DNA of 64,000 bases from Ilumatobacteraceae bacterium. GTDB lineage: Bacteria > Actinomycetota > Acidimicrobiia > Acidimicrobiales > Ilumatobacteraceae. The position numbers and the translations under genes were made by a program. The stretch's first letter is position 1. The number at the start of each line of letters is the position of its first letter. The notes under the pieces were generated by a model. It ran no database searches. It had not been told where the DNA came from and saw only the letters and a program-made list of their open reading frames with translations. Shown here one piece after another: positions 63,128 to 64,000 of the stretch. The DNA lies in the NCBI GenBank assembly GCA_963746285.1, contig CAVVAO010000020.1, forward strand, positions 9,476-73,475, read 5' to 3'.

Positions 63128-63189
63128 TTACATCGCGGGTCTGACCCCTGATGTAATCGTTACAACACGGGTCAGACCCGCGATGTAAT
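63125..63189. repeat. Repeat family 2, copies e and f: nested inverted repeats around GGGTCtGACCCC and GGGTCaGACCC
   Basis: gattacatcgcgggtctgaccc (63125-63146) is the exact reverse complement of 63168-63189. An additional inner arm gatgtaatc lies at 63149-63157. The element sits between convergent stops at 63127 and 63193. Confidence 0.8.
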
Positions 63190-63192
63190 CGG

Positions 63193-64000
63193 TCAGGCGC
63201 CGAGGCGGTCGAAGATGTTGCGGGTGATCTGCTCGACGTCGCGGTCACGCTCCGCCAGGCCCCAGATCCAGTCGGTGCAGCCGCTGGTGATCACCGTGCC
63301 ACCGCCGGGTGTCACGAACGTGCCGAGCACGGCGTGGCCGTGTGCGATCCGTTCGACCGCCTCGGGGCTGCGTTCGTCGAACAACCGCGAGGAGATGAAC
63401 TCGATCTCCGACGGTTCGTGCGGCGCCGGCGGGCGCGAGGCGGTCGTCCGGGTGAAGTGTGCAGCGGGCGCGGTCCCCAGGATCTCGAAGTTGCTCGGCG
63501 TACCATCGGCGCCGGTCGGGTACGGCAGGCCGTCGCGGTAGGCGAAGTCGCAGCCGTCGCACTCGTAGCCGACGATCGTCGCCGCCGCGCCGAGGAGATC
63601 GCCGTAGTCGAGACCGGTCCCGTCGAAGATCCAGTGCTCGGGACGATGCAGCGTGTAGCCACCGGCACCCTTGGTGGCCCGCTTGCCGATGCGGTGATAC
63701 CCGCCACGGCTGAAGCTGACACCGGTCATGTGGTTCTCCGGCCGCTCCAACAGGTGGTCGGACCAGATCGTGGTGAGCTCGGCCTGCCGGTCTGTGCCGA
63801 AGACCGGATCGTGTTTGAACAAGCCCTTGTACCCGACCATCGTCGCGGCCGGACCAGATCCTCCGGGACCGGTCGGATCCTCGAGCCGCACCTGCCAGAA
63901 GGCGGTGTTGCCGGAGAAGAACACCGTGTGGCCACCGCGGGCAGCGAACGCTTCGACCGTGTCTCGCATCGGTGCCGACCAGTACTCGTCGTGGCCGATC
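63193..64000 (-). CDS. N,N-dimethylformamidase large-subunit-like family protein (5' end outside window)
   Basis: The frame stays open to the window edge (..IGHDEYWSAPMRDTVEAF..FFSGNTAFWQVR..). The family assignment is from memory of the GHDEYWS/..NT.FWQ pattern and is only moderately certain. Confidence 0.6.
   Translation of the reverse strand, partial: IGHDEYWSAPMRDTVEAFAARGGHTVFFSGNTAFWQVRLEDPTGPGGSGPAATMVGYKGLFKHDPVFGTDRQAELTTIWSDHLLERPENHMTGVSFSRGGYHRIGKRATKGAGGYTLHRPEHWIFDGTGLDYGDLLGAAATIVGYECDGCDFAYRDGLPYPTGADGTPSNFEILGTAPAAHFTRTTASRPPAPHEPSEIEFISSRLFDERSPEAVERIAHGHAVLGTFVTPGGGTVITSGCTDWIWGLAERDRDVEQITRNIFDRLGA

Overview
High-GC, actinobacterial-type chromosomal segment. The gene order etfBA ... 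whiB ... pdtaS-like kinase ... ArsA pair/DUF3107 ... ligA/MetE-like ... mnmA-iscS resembles the conserved actinomycete core. I can support about 60 protein-coding genes. By eye I found no rRNA, tRNA, CRISPR array, transposase or integrase.

Main observations:
1. A tightly coupled six-gene operon (35.4-41.5 kb) runs DedA, EtfA-like, FixC, FixX, EtfB-like, then an in-frame MftE-MftF (mycofactocin peptidase plus glycosyltransferase) open frame. It is a second, Fix-type ETF module in addition to the canonical etfBA at 0.1-1.9 kb. No mftA/B/C/D is recognisable anywhere in the window.
2. A four-PASTA membrane Ser/Thr-kinase homologue has degenerate catalytic motifs and is a predicted pseudokinase.
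3. At least five unrelated families of short palindromic or structured repeats sit almost exclusively in intergenic DNA.
4. About 35 reading-frame changes plus one in-frame TAG, by manual reading, are concentrated in 18 genes, while about 40 other genes (several of 1.5-2.3 kb) are uninterrupted. The disrupted set includes essential-type genes (ligA, mnmA), and some changes are 1-nt length changes in short G/C runs. Sequencing artefact versus genuine decay cannot be decided from the sequence alone.
5. A near-consensus LexA box overlaps the dinB start, and an AT-rich inverted repeat overlaps the ArsR start.

All functional calls rest on motif recognition in the supplied translations. No database search was run.
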